Source of the DNA: Hemiscyllium ocellatum | Lineage: Eukaryota | Assembly (NCBI RefSeq): GCF_020745735.1 | Contig: NC_083449.1 | Span: 6,484,923-6,548,922 of the forward strand | Direction of reading: 5' to 3' | DNA: 64,000 nt | Part shown: piece after piece, positions 39,962-54,356 of the stretch | How the letters are laid out: the number at the start of each line of letters is the position of its first letter | How positions within the stretch are numbered: the first letter of the stretch is position 1 | Translations under genes and position numbers: made by a program | The notes under the pieces: model-generated | The model's input: the letters and a program-made list of their open reading frames with translations, nothing else | Databases searched by the model: none | Told to the model about the DNA's origin: nothing

Positions 39962-40342
39962 ATGGCTGATGAGAAGAAAGCACAGCAAGCCTCCAAGAAG
40001 GGCGCGAAGAAAATCATCAAAAAGGCGCCAGCGAAGGGCAACAGGAAGAGGAAGCGGTCCAGGAGAGAAAGTTACTCCATCTACATCTACAAAGTGATGA
40101 AGCAGGTTCACCCCGACACCGGCATCTCCTCCAAGGCCATGAGCATCATGAACTCGTTCGTCAACGATATTTTCGAGCGTATCGCGGGGGAGGCTTCCCG
40201 CCTGGCCCATTACAACAAGCGCAGCACCATCAGCTCCCGGGAGATCCAGACCGCCGTGCGGCTACTGCTGCCCGGGGAGCTGGCCAAGCACGCCGTGTCA
40301 GAGGGCACAAAGGCGGTGACCAAGTACACCAGCTCCAAGTGA
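39962..40342 (+). CDS. H2B: Histone H2B, replication-dependent
   Basis: [41 protein letters not shown]. Confidence 0.97.
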   Translation: MADEKKAQQASKKGAKKIIKKAPAKGNRKRKRSRRESYSIYIYKVMKQVHPDTGISSKAMSIMNSFVNDIFERIAGEASRLAHYNKRSTISSREIQTAVRLLLPGELAKHAVSEGTKAVTKYTSSK

Positions 40343-40376
40343 AGGACCGCACTGAAACAAACATCCACAACCCAAA

Positions 40377-40418
40377 GGCTCTTATAAGAGCCACCCACAA
40401 CATCCCTGAGGCAGCTGA
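40377..40418 (+). terminator. Histone 3' stem-loop (variant loop) and HDE-like element
   Basis: GGCTCT-TATA-AGAGCC 40377-40392 then ACCCA; GAGGCAGCTG downstream. Confidence 0.88.
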
Positions 40419-41100
40419 ACCATTTCCTTAAGAGTTCTTTGTTTTAGTTTTCATGTGATTTTTGATAAGGCGTTTCAACTTCTAGAGGTTGTTGTGTTAA
40501 TAAGTACTTGCAAATTATTCGGGAGTGGGTTGGAGAGTGCAGATCAAGCGCCAGTGAGTCATTTTTCATCTTGTTTACCTCAGGCAGACAAATGCCCACG
40601 TCTTTCACTCCCACGATTGATGCGTTTTACCTTCTGATTTACTGTACATTTCCAATGCACGGGTTTGATCCGATTTTTCGCAATACAAAATAAATCTTCC
40701 TGCTGTCGGCGAGAGACTTTTCAAACAGAACCGAGAGAACTCCCAACACAGCTACCGGACTGAAACGTGGAGCTTTTGCTGAATCTGATCGAGAGCGATA
40801 ATGGAGCCGGAAGAATGCTGAGTGCTGCTTTATCAGCATATCGGGGTGGTACTGAAATGTGAAAAGAAAAGACAGGTTGTGGACTGCAATGTTTGGCCTG
40901 TTTTGTTTCAGCTTCTTCTCCAGGTTTAGAAATTAATCAACTCTCATGATCAGATACAGATCGGGAAATGAGGGAGAATAAGACCCTGTGAATTATACTT
41001 AGTAAAATAAAAATAAATTAACATGTGTATTAATGTTTTATGAACTTCCACAGTTTTTTGTACTTCATTATTCAGGTGAAACATACTCCTTTGTTTGGAA

Positions 41101-41742
<642 letters not shown>

Positions 41743-41772
41743 AGAGACCATCCTTGAATCTGACAATCCAAA

Positions 41773-41815
41773 GGCTCTTTTAAGAGCCACTCACAGTATC
41801 TGTGAAAGGAGCTGA
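41773..41815 (+). terminator. Histone 3' stem-loop and HDE
   Basis: GGCTCT-TTTA-AGAGCC 41773-41788; GAAAGGAGCTG 41804-41814. Confidence 0.93.
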
Positions 41816-43387
41816 ACCGTTTATCGGATTGAATTACTTTCCTTTTAATGTGTAGAGCCCTGGCCGTTATACTTAGCGTCGCTACATTTTATTGCCTGTG
41901 GCAGCAGAGGAACATTATATCATAGAGTACGATTTTAAGGGTGTCTGGAAATATATTATTTCTCATTGATCAAACATTAAGACCACTCAGGCAGTGACCG
42001 TGTAATGTTCTATGAGTTTAGAATACAGGGTTTGGTTTGACAGTTGCTTTAACTGCATCAGTGGGAGCTGAATTCTCCCACTGTGTCTGTAGCATATACC
42101 TTTGCAATTTATTCTCTGCTCGGTTTATATCCACTTTTTTTTCTCGCCAGCCTCTGGAGAGAGAGAGAGAGCACGTGTTTAATAGCAGTTATTTTTCAGC
42201 TGTAAAAGGAGGGAATGTGGTAAAGTTAGATTGTGTGAAGTTTAGTTTCGTAATCGAAAAACCAATCAAAGTGTTCGTAGTCGTGCATTCTCCTGCTCTT
42301 TTGTACGTGATGGCGGGCATTTTCAAATTTGAAAATAAGCCGTTGATCTCTTGGCCCCATTTTTCCCCTTTTCTCTCTCCTGCCTCCACCTCACCACAAG
42401 CAATGTAAACGCAAAGGGATTCAATGAGGAGATGGGGTTTTTCCAGAAATATCTAACCCAATACCATAATTTGATGTGAACATCACTCATCTAATTACTA
42501 TATTTCCGCAAACCCTGAATGAAGATCTCATTATTTGCAAATACTGGACTAATATCCCCTATCGCTTCCTGCTCTCTCTGGATGAGTATCCGAACTTGTA
42601 TCCGCCGTGAGTCAATCGAAAAACTGTCGATGTAAACATCTTAAAAGCTAAAACAGTGTATGCCGATAAAAGTCACAGAATCACACGTTTATCAGTAATT
42701 TCTATTTCATCTAAATTATTTCTTGCCCGAAGACAATTTGTAATCGTTGCTTGAACGCGCAAGTGGAAAGAACGCGCCACATAACACATCTGCAGGCTCC
42801 TAGTAACAAAATTGAGCTGAGTGTTATGCCTGGGAAATATAAATAGTGTAATATGGAACATTAACGTCTGGGTTCCACAATAAAAACAAATGATCATTCA
42901 TGGCATGTACAGCTGAGTACACATTGATACCATTACTGAGATGGACAGGTATTCACGAAAATAAGAGGATCGAAGGTTACGGGTAATTTGAGAAATATCA
43001 GCCATGATCGAATAGCAGAACAAGCTGGATAGGCAGAATGGCCTAATACTGCTCCGATATCTTACAATTACAACTTACGATACGATTCTTTACATGAAAC
43101 AACCAGGTTGCATAACAGTAGAGGCTCGATTGGCCGAATAGCCTCTTATCTACACTAGAGGAATGCTTGCAATTTTAATATCATTCGCCACGGTAAACAG
43201 CATCAAAGTGAACCGACCACTCCGAATGCTCTCTACTGTACCGCAGAACACGGTGTTAGTAAATTTTCGAAACGGAAATAATTGAAGTTACGACATATAT
43301 GAAATAACCGGTAACACTATACTTGGCTCTCGGTATGCACTACCTTCACCGTCCTCAGGTCTCCGCTCTCTATCGGAGGGTTTGGGT

Positions 43388-43403
43388 GGCTCTGAAAAGA
43401 GCC
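43388..43403 (-). terminator. Histone 3' stem-loop of H4
   Basis: Reverse complement GGCTCT-TTTC-AGAGCC then ACCCA. Confidence 0.95.
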
Positions 43404-43436
43404 TTTGGGTTCGCTGGAAAAAGGGTCGCTTTATGC

Positions 43437-43757
<321 letters not shown>

Positions 43758-43799
43758 TCACTACAATCGCTGCCGAATGACAGACAAACTGCCTCTCCA

Positions 43800-43870
43800 T
43801 CCGTTTTTATACAGCCCGGCCCGACCTGACTGAGAACGAGCTGACAGAGAGTGAGAGGCGGGTCCGGAGA
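43800..43870 (-). promoter_or_regulatory. H4 promoter
   Basis: TATAAAAA (43804-43811 reverse); TTCTCAGTCAGGTCGG (43821-43836 reverse) resembles the H4 subtype-specific element. Confidence 0.7.
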
Positions 43871-43989
43871 GGAAACTGAGTGACAGACAGAGTGACAGGG
43901 CTTTGAACATCCAGCTCCGCCTCCAGCTCCAACTGTATCTGGGACTGAACCTTTTCTCCCCAACATTATCAGACAAGGCGACAAAACTA

Positions 43990-46254
43990 CACCACGTACA
44001 AAAAAAACTGGATTCTCACCAGTAATAGCAAAGCCCACCCTAGAACCACAGTAGACAACATTATCACTGCGGGGAAGTCTATTATCAACTTATCGGACCA
44101 CACCCTTAGACCGGAAGAGATTGAAGTCCTCAGTCGGGGTCTCAACTTCTGCCCCACTGCCAAAATGGACCCGTTGGTTTTGGCAGCAGACACGGAGGAG
44201 TTCAGATTGATTCAGATGAATGAGACTCCAGGAATTCTTTCAAGGAGCCAGCAGCGATCCCATTGAGCCCACTGATGTACTCGAACAGTCATCACAGGGA
44301 TCTGTAGAGGGGCGACCAAAGAAGGTGTCAACTTGGATCCCACCAGAGAGCCACTTTCCCTGAACTTGACATGTATGCTCAAGCCGTCAGGAAATATAGA
44401 AATGCCAGATTCATCAGCTGTACCCACAAAGTAGAGCAAAACATCACCGCTTCACAACGCAATGCCATCCAGGCTCTCAAAACCAATCACAACATTGTCA
44501 TCAAACCAGCAGATAAAGGAGGAGCCATTGTCATTCAGAATAGAACAGATTACTGCAAGGAAGTGTACCGACAACTGAACAACCAGGAACACTACAGGCA
44601 ACTACCAGCTGATCTGACCAAAGAACACACCCGTAAATTAAACACACTGACCAGAACTTTGGATCCGGCCCTTCAGAGTTCCCTACAAGCCCTCATCCCA
44701 CGTACTTCTTGTGTCTGCTGCCTTCCAAAGGTAGACAAAGCCAACACACCAGAACGTCCCATTGTGTCGGGCAATGGGACCCTTTGTGAGAATCTTTCTG
44801 GTTGTGTGGAAGGCATCTTGAAACCTATTGTACAGGGGATCTCCAGCTTCTGTCACGGCACTACGGATTTCTTACAGAAACTCAGCACCCACGGACCAGT
44901 TGAACAATGGACTTTTCCGCACCCTACACCAGCATTCCCCGCAGTGATGGCTTCGTGGCAACAGCCTTAGTACTCAGCACCAACAACTGTCAATCTCCAA
45001 ACACCATCCTACAACTCACCCGCTTTATGCTCGATCACAATGTCTTCACCTTTGACAACCAATTCTTCATCCGGACACATAGAACAGCCATTGGGACCAA
45101 ATGTGCCCCACAATATGACAACATTTTTATGCACAGGTTTGAACAAGACTTCTTCTCTATGCAGGATCTCCAACCAAAATTGTACACCAGGTACATTGAC
45201 AACATTTTCTTCCTCTGGAGCCATGGCAAGGAGTCACTGATAAAACTACACAGTGACATCAACAAGTTTCAACCCAACATCAAACGCACCATGGACTACT
45301 CTCGGCTATCTGTCTCATTCTTAGACACATGCATCTCCATCAAGGATGGACACCTCAGCACCACACTCTACAGCAAACCCACAGACAACCTCACAATGCT
45401 ACACTTCAACTTCCACCCAAAACATATTAAAACAGCCATCCCCTATGTACAAGCCCTACACGTACACTGGATCTACTCAGATGAGAAGGAATGTGACAGA
45501 CACCTGGAAGTACTCAGGGATGCCCTCACAAGAACTCATCAACCACCAGTTCCGACATGCCACAGCAAGGAACCATAATGACCTCCTCAGGAGACAGACA
45601 CATGCTGCAACCAACAGGGTATCCTTCGTTGTTCAGTATTTCCTAGGAGCTGAAAGACTTCGCCATGTTCTTCGTGGCCTGCAACACATTATCGATGAAG
45701 ATGAGCACCTCACCAAGACTTTCCCCACACCTCCACTACTTGCGTTTCAACAACCACCGAACCTCAAACAGATCAGTGTTCTTAGCAAGCTGCCCGGCTC
45801 TCAGGACAACTCCATACAATCCTATCACAGTAGGCGCTGCAAGATGTGTCAGAATGTGGACATAGATACCACCATTACGCGTGGGCACACCTCCCACCTT
45901 GTACATGGCAGGTACTCATGTGACTCAGCCAACATTGTCTATCTTATACATTGCAGGCTAGGATGCCCGGAGGCATGGTACATTGGGGAAACCAAGCAAA
46001 GGCTACGACAACAGGTGAATGGGCACCATCCAACAATCAACAGACAGGAGTGTTCCCTCCCAGTTGGAGAACACTTCAGTGGCCCAGGACATTCGTCCTT
46101 GGATCTTCGGGTGACCATCCTCCAAGGTGGACTTTGGGACAGGCAGCAGTGAAACGTGGTTGAACAGAGGCTGATAGCTAAGTTCAGGACCCATATGGAG
46201 GGCCTCAACCAGGACCTTGGGTTCATGTCACATTACAGGTGACCACCATTGTAT

Positions 46255-46296
<42 letters not shown>

Positions 46297-46815
46297 CTCC
46301 TACACACACACACAGACAAAGACCCACATGCACACACATATTTTGTGGGGTGAATTTGTATTTGCAGGGTTAAATTGTACTTAACTCAAAAACTGTATGT
46401 ATTCATGTAGAATTTTGAGCTCATAAACTGCATGAATTCATGTAAAACTCCGTTATCTCACTTTTTAGATTAGAATCAATCTAAACATCATGGCACAGAC
46501 AGAGAACACCGGGCTAACACTTTCAACATATTGTGTAGCTATCGCCATTGTTAACAGCTAACCTAAGAATGCAACTTTTTTAAAAAAGGTTTTGTGATTT
46601 ACACATGAAAGAAGTGAAACTATCATGATATTCTAACAGATGAAAGGCATAACAGACAATTAATTTTTCAATGTATAATTTCAGTTACAACACACTGTAA
46701 TTTTTGCTATAAATTCTGTGTGTTAGGATTGAGCCCTCCACTACCACCTGATGAAGGAGCGATGCTCCGAAAGCTACTGTGCTTCCAATTCAACCTGTTG
46801 TGTGATTTTAAACTT
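43990..46815 (+). mobile_element. Penelope-like element (RT, GIY-YIG, 3' hammerhead), frameshifted; second family
   Basis: IVIKPADKGGAIVI, YTRYIDNIF, NIVYLIHC..WYIGETKQRLRQ; CTGATGA-AGGAGCGATGCTCC-GAAAGCTA 46748-46776. Confidence 0.92.
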
Positions 46816-46834
46816 TTCTCCCGAAAGTTGACTG

Positions 46835-47216
46835 TTCCTGAGTAGAGGAGCGCATGCGTGAGGCCCTCCCCCAGCGCTGCCATTGAGGAGCATTTACTCA
46901 GTGAGTGCAAGAGGTTTGTTTGAAACAGACCGCAATGGAGAGATCAGCGCCCAGGGAAGCGAGGGAACAGCAGGCTCCTTCCAGCAGCACATCGGGATGG
47001 GAGCCTGGGACACAGAGGGGGCTCCGAGACCGGGATTGATTCGGGGTGAGTTCAGGGAGAACCGGGGGCTGTTTGTAAGAGGCCGAGCGGAGCAGGAACT
47101 GGTCCCGGAACTTGGAGTGAGCGGGCTGGGGGGAAGAGAGAGGCCTTTCTCGGGCTGTTTGTGGGCCTGCTGAGGGAGGCAGAGCGGGAAGAAGCTGCTG
47201 TGGGACATTCTTGTGG
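46835..47216 (+). promoter_or_regulatory. CpG element copy 2 (NRF1 motif, putative first exon)
   Basis: GCGCATGCG 46850; GTGAGT donors at 46901 and 47046; near-identical to 20940-21308. Confidence 0.6.
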
Positions 47217-47811
47217 TTTACAATCCTCTGAACTCTGTTTTACTTTCAATCTGTTTCCCGCTCTTTCTTGAGGTTGTGTGGACCAACTGTAGGAATGTGA
47301 CACTCTTGTAAAAGGACATACACTGGGGTCTTGGTAAAAATATTAGCAATAGTGCCGTTTTTCCTATTCCCAACAGGTAGTTGGGGAGTTGGATGTTGAA
47401 CTGTGTAAGCGTGCTGGTAGTTGAGTATTCCCATTCATGGTGCAGCGCATTTGTTGCTCAGTTTCTGGAGCTCACTCAACTGATATCAAGTTAAAAATCA
47501 TACAACACCAGGTTGTCGTCCAACAGTTTTTTTGGAAGCACTTGATTGTATAACATTGTGCACCCCAGTCCAACACCAACATCTCCAAACCAACTGGTAT
47601 CGAATCGCATGAAAAACAAACAATCCCCAGACAGAGAGCAGCTCTGGGCAACAATGGAATCAGAGCTGTGGTTCTGGTTAAGTTGTTGGCTTTAAAGAAA
47701 AACAAAACACACATCCTAATGAAGATGCAATGAATGTGACAATGATCAGTTCAATTTTGCCAGACTAGCCTCTTGTTGATTTACAGGTGGTGTCCCTGTG
47801 TCTTCCTCCAG

Positions 47812-47893
47812 AAAAACACCTGAGTGACTAAGACATTGTAATACTTCTTCAGTTCAAAGCAAAGAGTGACCAGCTGCCTCTAACAAACAGAAG
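47812..47893 (+). other. Exon-like cassette C (82 nt)
   Basis: TGTCTTCCTCCAG acceptor and AAG|GTATGT donor. Confidence 0.6.
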
Positions 47894-48265
47894 GTATGTC
47901 GCCCATTAACGTTTACACACCAGTGTTGAAGATAGATAAACTGAATCCTCATCCAAAATAGACATTCAGGAACAACATTAAAATCTGCAATTATTAAGAG
48001 CATTTTCATAGTTACAATGAAGATAGACAAATAGGCCACATTGTTGCATTGTTTCAACAACAATCTGTGAAGGAGGGGTTAAGTACAGAGATGGAGGGAA
48101 ACTGTGCTCACTGACAGGGCAAGAGTTACCGGAGAGTCGTCGAGTCATGGAGACATATAGCATGGAAACAGACCCTTCGGTCCAACTTGTCCATGACAAC
48201 CAGATATTCTAACCTAATCTGGTCCCATTTGGCAGCACTTTGCCCATCTCTCTCTAAACCCTTCC

Positions 48266-49306
48266 TGTTAAAGTACAGATTTGAGACAGCCCAGGGAATC
48301 CCTTGGGGACTCAGACCTATAAGCCTCTCTTATTTCGTCCTGGAGATCATACACTTTGATAGTCTGGAATAAAAACCTCTTACAAACAGTTTAGTTTAAT
48401 TTTAGCCTTCCCCTTTATTTACCAATAGTATCAGTGTTACAACATAACATTGACACCTATAAATAGGGTAGCTGAGGTTCTAAAACCTTAGAAAAGTAGG
48501 ATACCAGGCTCTTCCTTTAAGAGCCCTCGCAGACTACTCTACTCTTCTGTCTCAAACAGGCTTCCTTTTTACAAAACTTTACAAAAAACACTGCATGTTC
48601 TTAATTAGACAGACAGTGGAAAGGCAACAATTTGTAAGGAAGAGAAGTTAATTAACAGGTCTGTGTGCGCTTAACTGATCACTCCTGTAGGGCCTTAGCC
48701 ATCCATCAGGTGGGAAAAACAGAACCAGCCCAGTCACTACCTGTTGGTGAGGTGAGTCCCTGTCATAAAGAGGTATCAGTCTAAACTAAGTGGGAGAGTT
48801 CATAAGGTAACCTTGCACAGCTTGCATGTCAGAGATCATTGTTTTTTAAAATTAGCGAGGAGGGCAAACTGTCCATAAAATGGCTTCCTGACAGATTGTG
48901 TCAGAATCTCTTCAATGTTCGGTTTAGAATAATTTTTAAGCTAGGAGCAGACTCCTGCTTTTTATCTTAAGCACAAAATCATTCTGTACCTGAGGCTGAA
49001 AGGTTACATTTTAAATGATTCATTAGTCTCAAATTAAACATACTTTCTTTTCAGGGTTGTGTTTCAAATTCAAAGACAACAGAAGATCTGATGAGTTAGA
49101 ATTGACAGTGGGTCAGTTGTGGTGTGTAGGAACACCAAGTAAGTTCAAGATTAGATTAGATTATTTACTGTGTGTAAACAGGACCTTCAACCCGACAAGT
49201 GCTTCTCAATATTACATATTGCGTTTGTATTTCATAATCTGTAATGGCTACTCAAAATCATCATAAAGTCCCAAAATGCAAATAAATTCCAAACATTCAT
49301 CTCACT

Positions 49307-49337
<31 letters not shown>

Positions 49338-49719
49338 ACACACACAATAAGAATCCATTAAAATTGATAGGACCTGACCACTTATTACAAGGCTTTTGAC
49401 ACGCTTCTGAGATGATACAAAGTTTCCGAGATCACAATCAAACACTGTCATTGAATTCATAAGTTCACAGCTGTGAATGTTATCACTCTGTGTCTTTTTT
49501 TTAACGCAGATTCATTGATGTTAAGACAAATGTTCTTAATTGTTTTAGAGCATCCTGTTATCACTTGGTGAGAACAGATTTTTTTTTATCTTCTGCAGTT
49601 CCTAGGTTCCCCCTTTTGTGGCCTGATACTCCGTGCCTGCCCTGTTTATTTTCTTGTGATCTATAATTCAACATTACATTTAGTCTAAGTATTTAAGGGC
49701 AAGTTTTAAGGCTTTCTCA
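48266..49719 (-). mobile_element. Solo LTR-like element (~1.45 kb) inserted in a CR1 tail
   Basis: TG..CA termini; host CR1 at 48145-48265 resumes at 49720; second copy at 6441-7898; orientation tentative (AATAAA on - strand ~48414). Confidence 0.6.
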
Positions 49720-50269
49720 TTGTACTCACTCAGATGCCATTTAAATGTTATAATTGTACCAGGCTCCACCACTTCTCCATTAGCCTTATGATTTTATAAA
49801 CTTCTATAAAGTCACTCTCCAGGGAAAACAGTTCCAGCCTGTTCGGCCTCTGCACACATCTCAAATTCTCCAACCGGGATGAAGCATATTTACATGGAGT
49901 TTGCGTGACTGAAAAGGACAGAATTAATCCTTTACTGAATACTTGACACATAACGAGATGACAATTAAATTATGTGAATTTCAAACAGACAATCTGTACA
50001 AGTAGCTCATATGCTATATTCGCAACATGTCCTTTTTATAACCCACTGGCAATACAACTTGATAAATGTCTGCCCATTTCTCATCTGCCTGAATGTGATG
50101 TTCTCCATTTCCTCATTAAGACATCATTTTTAAGATAATAACAATCAGGGATACATTTGGGTTAGTTTTGTGTATGCCTTTTGATACAATTGCTTTAAAT
50201 TTTCATCTTTTTGCTGTAACTCAATTAATTTACCTGAGCTAAAGATATCTGCTTTGTAATCTCTGTTCC

Positions 50270-52509
50270 TAGTTTGTCTCAACTATCTGATCAAACAGGG
50301 TCTCTGCTAATTTCCCTTCAACTTTCTTATCTGCATTCTTTGAACTTTCCTGTTTCAACTGGTGACTTTGGGACCTCATAACCACACAGTCAGGAAACAT
50401 GCCAGGATGTGTGTCCTGCAATAGTTCAGTTGCCTGAATTTCCATTGGTTTGCCCACAATCGGCACTCCCACCAGTGAATCAGCAACATCATTAGCAAGG
50501 ACAAATTGTATTCCCAGAGTTGAAAGTTGGTCCAGTACTCCTACTATGACTTCTCCCCTCTTCACTAGACACTCTAACCTCACTTCTTACAAATGAGCAT
50601 TCCTTATTACAATGTGAATTCCAGTTACTCATACCTTTTCTGGCAATAGTCCTTTAGAGGTACATATGTCTTAGATTGAGAGGATACTTATATCTCTGAA
50701 TATTGCTACCTCTTTACCTGCTGCTCCTGGCCTATGTGAGTAAACTTTACCTTCACAGTGTATGGTTTAACATGATCTGGCACTTTCTCCAAAAACAACC
50801 TCCAATCAGCTTGTACATTCTGGTGAAGCTTTCTGGTCTCCACAGTGCTCTCTGTTACTACTCCAACAAAATTCACTGGCTTATCCTGTTTTCCTACATC
50901 TGGCTTCTCAATGCTTTTCATAACCCGCTAATACTGATTCTATGTGGCCTACTTTATTGAAAACACCAGAACTTTTTCACTTGTCTTTCCCCTTCAAGGT
51001 TTTCCTTTTTACACTGTGTTAAATAATCCTTGTGATCTTCACAGAGATCTAATTTTTACTTTCCATGTCAGAATTTCTCTTATGCACAATTATTATCCCT
51101 CATGGATTGAAATTGATTTTGGCAGCCCAATTTTGATTTATTGATCAACTCAATTATCAACCATTTCTGATGCCAGTCTTACTGTTTTAACTCTCTGCTC
51201 TTACATGTGAGTTGTCATTACATCAGGAAGTGAATTTTTGAACTCCTGTCCAAGTGCCAATTACCAAAGTTCAAACTCCCACTTGCTTTCTTCCTTTCCT
51301 CTCTCTCCTTTTCTCTCTCTTCTCCCTCTCTTCTGCTTTTAATCGTAATTCAAACTGTTTACGTTTCTGTTGCCCTTTCCTTGACTTTTGCCTCTAACTC
51401 GAGTTGTTTCATTATCAATTGAATGTTAGCCATCTCTAACGATTCTGATGGCATTTCCAGCAAATCTAAATGGTAAGCTATGACTGTAATTATCCCCTTT
51501 TTCCTCATGGAAGGAAGCAGTTGACCTCTAGCTTGTCTGCTAATTCCAGCAGTTTGGTATTAATCACTTTTTGCAAAAAATAAACTGAAAACTAGAAAAC
51601 TCTTGATGACTCAAAGAGCCATTGCTATCCCAAACACTGTTTCCTGATGAAGGGCTGATGCCCAAAACATTGATTCTCCTACTCCTCAGATGCTTCTAGT
51701 AACACACATTCGTCTCTGATCTCCAGCATCTGCAGTCCTCATTTTCCCCAAGCGCTGTTTAAACCAATTGAATTCAACACCTGGAACAAAAGACGCTAAG
51801 ACTTACCACTGACTGCCTTCCAGTCCAACAAATCAAATCCCAAATCAGAACTACAGAATAAGTTCTGCAAACAGCCCCAATCTGTTATGGAAAAGGCCAG
51901 ACACCCTCCAAACATTTCCAAAAAGTAACCAGACCCTAACTTTGCTAATTGTTTTAAGCAGGTGTAACAAAGATATTCCAGGAGGGATGCAGCTGGTCAA
52001 ACCAGTAGTTTTAAACAAAACAGTTTGATTTACACATTTACCGAATGATACACAAACAAAAGAGAGCAGAATGCTAAATAACCTAATAATCGGAAAACCC
52101 AACAGACTATACCAACTTAATGATGGTATTCCCAGCATTTACAACAATCCCCATAAATACCCCTTGGCACAAAAGGTAAAGTCAAAATAGGGTCTTACAG
52201 GAGAGATGTCAGAGAGAGAGTACCATCATGGACCTGCTTCTTCGGGTTCAGCAACCTTTTCAACTGCCTGACTGCTTTCAGTCAATTGCCAGACAGCCAA
52301 AAGCCAAATCAAACCAGAGAAATGCTGAGCTGGGAAAACTGGGCGACTCCCCTTTCATTGTACAAGTGTTCTTCTTGAAAATGTGGAAGCCTTTTGCCTG
52401 AGGCATTATCTATTAGCTATAATCAAAATGGCCCTAAAACTCATCAACTCCGACTTTTTGGAACCTGTGTCTTTTACAGACTTGTTAAAGGAGCAGCAGC
52501 AGCATCACA
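50270..52509 (-). mobile_element. Truncated Gypsy-type (Gmr1-like) LTR retrotransposon: LTR 51883-52509, PBS, decayed gag/protease region
   Basis: TGTGA..TAACA LTR ends; TTGGGGCT.. just inside the LTR resembles a tRNA-Pro PBS; GVLDQL..IQFVLANDVA..FPDCVVMRSQ. Confidence 0.65.
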
Positions 52510-53890
52510 GCAGACTGCTCCAAGAATTAATGCCCCGAGGGATACAGGGTAATGTCTTGAATTAGATCCAAAGTTGGCTCTGTCACAGGAAAGAAAGGAT
52601 AATGGTCAATGGTGGCCCTTGTGAATGGAAAGCTGTTACAAGTGGTGCTCTGCACGGCTCAGTGTTGGGACCTCTGCTGTTTGTTTTATCCTTTACTGAT
52701 TTGGAGTTGCGTATGTTGGGCAAATTTGTGAAATTTGCAGATGACACAAAATTTGGCCGCGTAGTAGCTAGTGTGGAGGATAGCTGTATGCTCCAAAACT
52801 ATACAGATGGTTTGGTGGAGTGGGCAAGAACATGGCAGATGGAGTTCAGCTCTGATAAGTGTCAAGAAATGTATTTTGGGAAGTCAGACGGTAAATGGGA
52901 ATTGACAATAAATAGGAATAGACAGAGGGGGACAGGTGAAGCGAGAGATCTTAGTGTGCAAATGCTCAGGTCTCTAAAGATAGAAGGGGCTGTAAAGAAG
53001 GCACATGGAATGCTCTCCTTTATTGGCAGAGGGTTGAATACAAAAATAAGGAAATAACAATGAAACTGTGTGAGGTACTGGTGGCGTGTGCGGTCGGGTC
53101 ACCACATTGCAGGAAGGACGTCATTGCTGTGGAGAGAGAGCAGAGGAGATTTCCTAGAATGTTGCCAGGGCTGGTGAATTGTAGCTATCAGGAGAGATTG
53201 GAGAGGTTGGGGTTGTATTCCTTGGAACAGGGGTGCCATGATTAAGGAATACAGGGCGACACTCATATCCGCGGGTCCAGTTATCACGGTTTCACTTGCC
53301 CGTGGTTTACAGTTGTATGAGCATACAAAAGGGAATGTTCCAGAACTAGGGACCAGGAAAATGCCAGAAGGTGTATTTCCCATTTAAATGAATGGTTTTG
53401 TACCTATCTGCGGTTTTGCGTTTCTGCTGTAGGTCCTGGAACATTTACCCCATGGGTACTGGGGTCTACAGTACTAAATAGTGAGCTACCTGATGAAGAA
53501 GCAGCACTCTGAAAGCGTGCACTTCCATATAAACCTGTTGAACCATAACCTAGTGTTGTGTGATTTTTTTAACTAACTAGAGAGAAGGAGACATTAGACA
53601 GGAGGAACCTGTTTCCTTTAGCAGAGAGAGTTAAAAAGCCAGGGATCTCGGATTCAAGTTAAGTGGCTGTAGGATTCGAATTTACGAGGAAAATTTTTTT
53701 TTATGCAGAGAGTGGTGGGTATCTGGAATTCGCTGCCTGATTTGGTGGTGCAGGCAGAGACCTTACATATTTTTAAACAAAAATTCCCTGGAACTGAACC
53801 TCAAGTGTTGTAAACTGCAAGGTTACAGGCGGTGCCAGGATGGTGGGATGAGAAAGGGCATGTAGGCATGGACAAGATGGGCTGAACGCC
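52510..53890 (+). mobile_element. CR1 LINE RT and 3' region, degenerate
   Basis: GSVLGPLLF, KFADDTKFG, WQMEF. Confidence 0.85.
53252..53471. mobile_element. Tigger/pogo-type MITE
   Basis: TA-flanked; degenerate TIRs CAG..TATCCGCGG and CC..GGGTAC.GGGGTCTACAG. Confidence 0.55.
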
Positions 53891-53939
53891 CCACCCCCCC
53901 CCCCACCCCCACCCCCCAAAGCTGTATTATTTTTATGAT

Positions 53940-54100
53940 TCTCCAGTTATCAATGAGACCAGACCAGTTAATGCTGTGTGAATATGTAAATATATTTACC
54001 ATATACAAAAAGTTACAGTTTGATAACTACACCCACACATTCTCCAAGCAGGAACTGACAGGTATAGATCAATAACTAAACTCACATATCCACATACACA
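53940..54100 (+). repeat. Remnant of ~49-bp array IV
   Basis: GCAGGAACTGACAGGTATAGATCAATAACTAAACTCACATATCC; positionally equivalent to 29300-29470. Confidence 0.7.
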
Positions 54101-54356
54101 CGTGCGTCAGGTGGCCCCCATTAATGGAACTGTATGGGTGTTGTTTAGTTTCTGAATCTCACTCAACTGGTATTAGACTTTTAAGAAAAAATGGACAAGG
54201 AGCAGCTGAGCAGGAGTGGAATCAGACCCATGGTTCTGTTTAAATTGCTGGCTTCAAACAAAAAAATCCTAGTGATGATTAACTGAATATTACATTGATA
54301 TTGCCAATCACAACTGATGTTGATTTACAGGAGGTATCTCTTCTGTCTTCCTCCAG

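Noticed and set aside
54272-54320. C/D-box snoRNA-like GTGATGA..CTGA..CTGA upstream of cassette D
   Set aside because: Only ~46 nt, no terminal stem, and the boxes are not kept in paralogues A-C.
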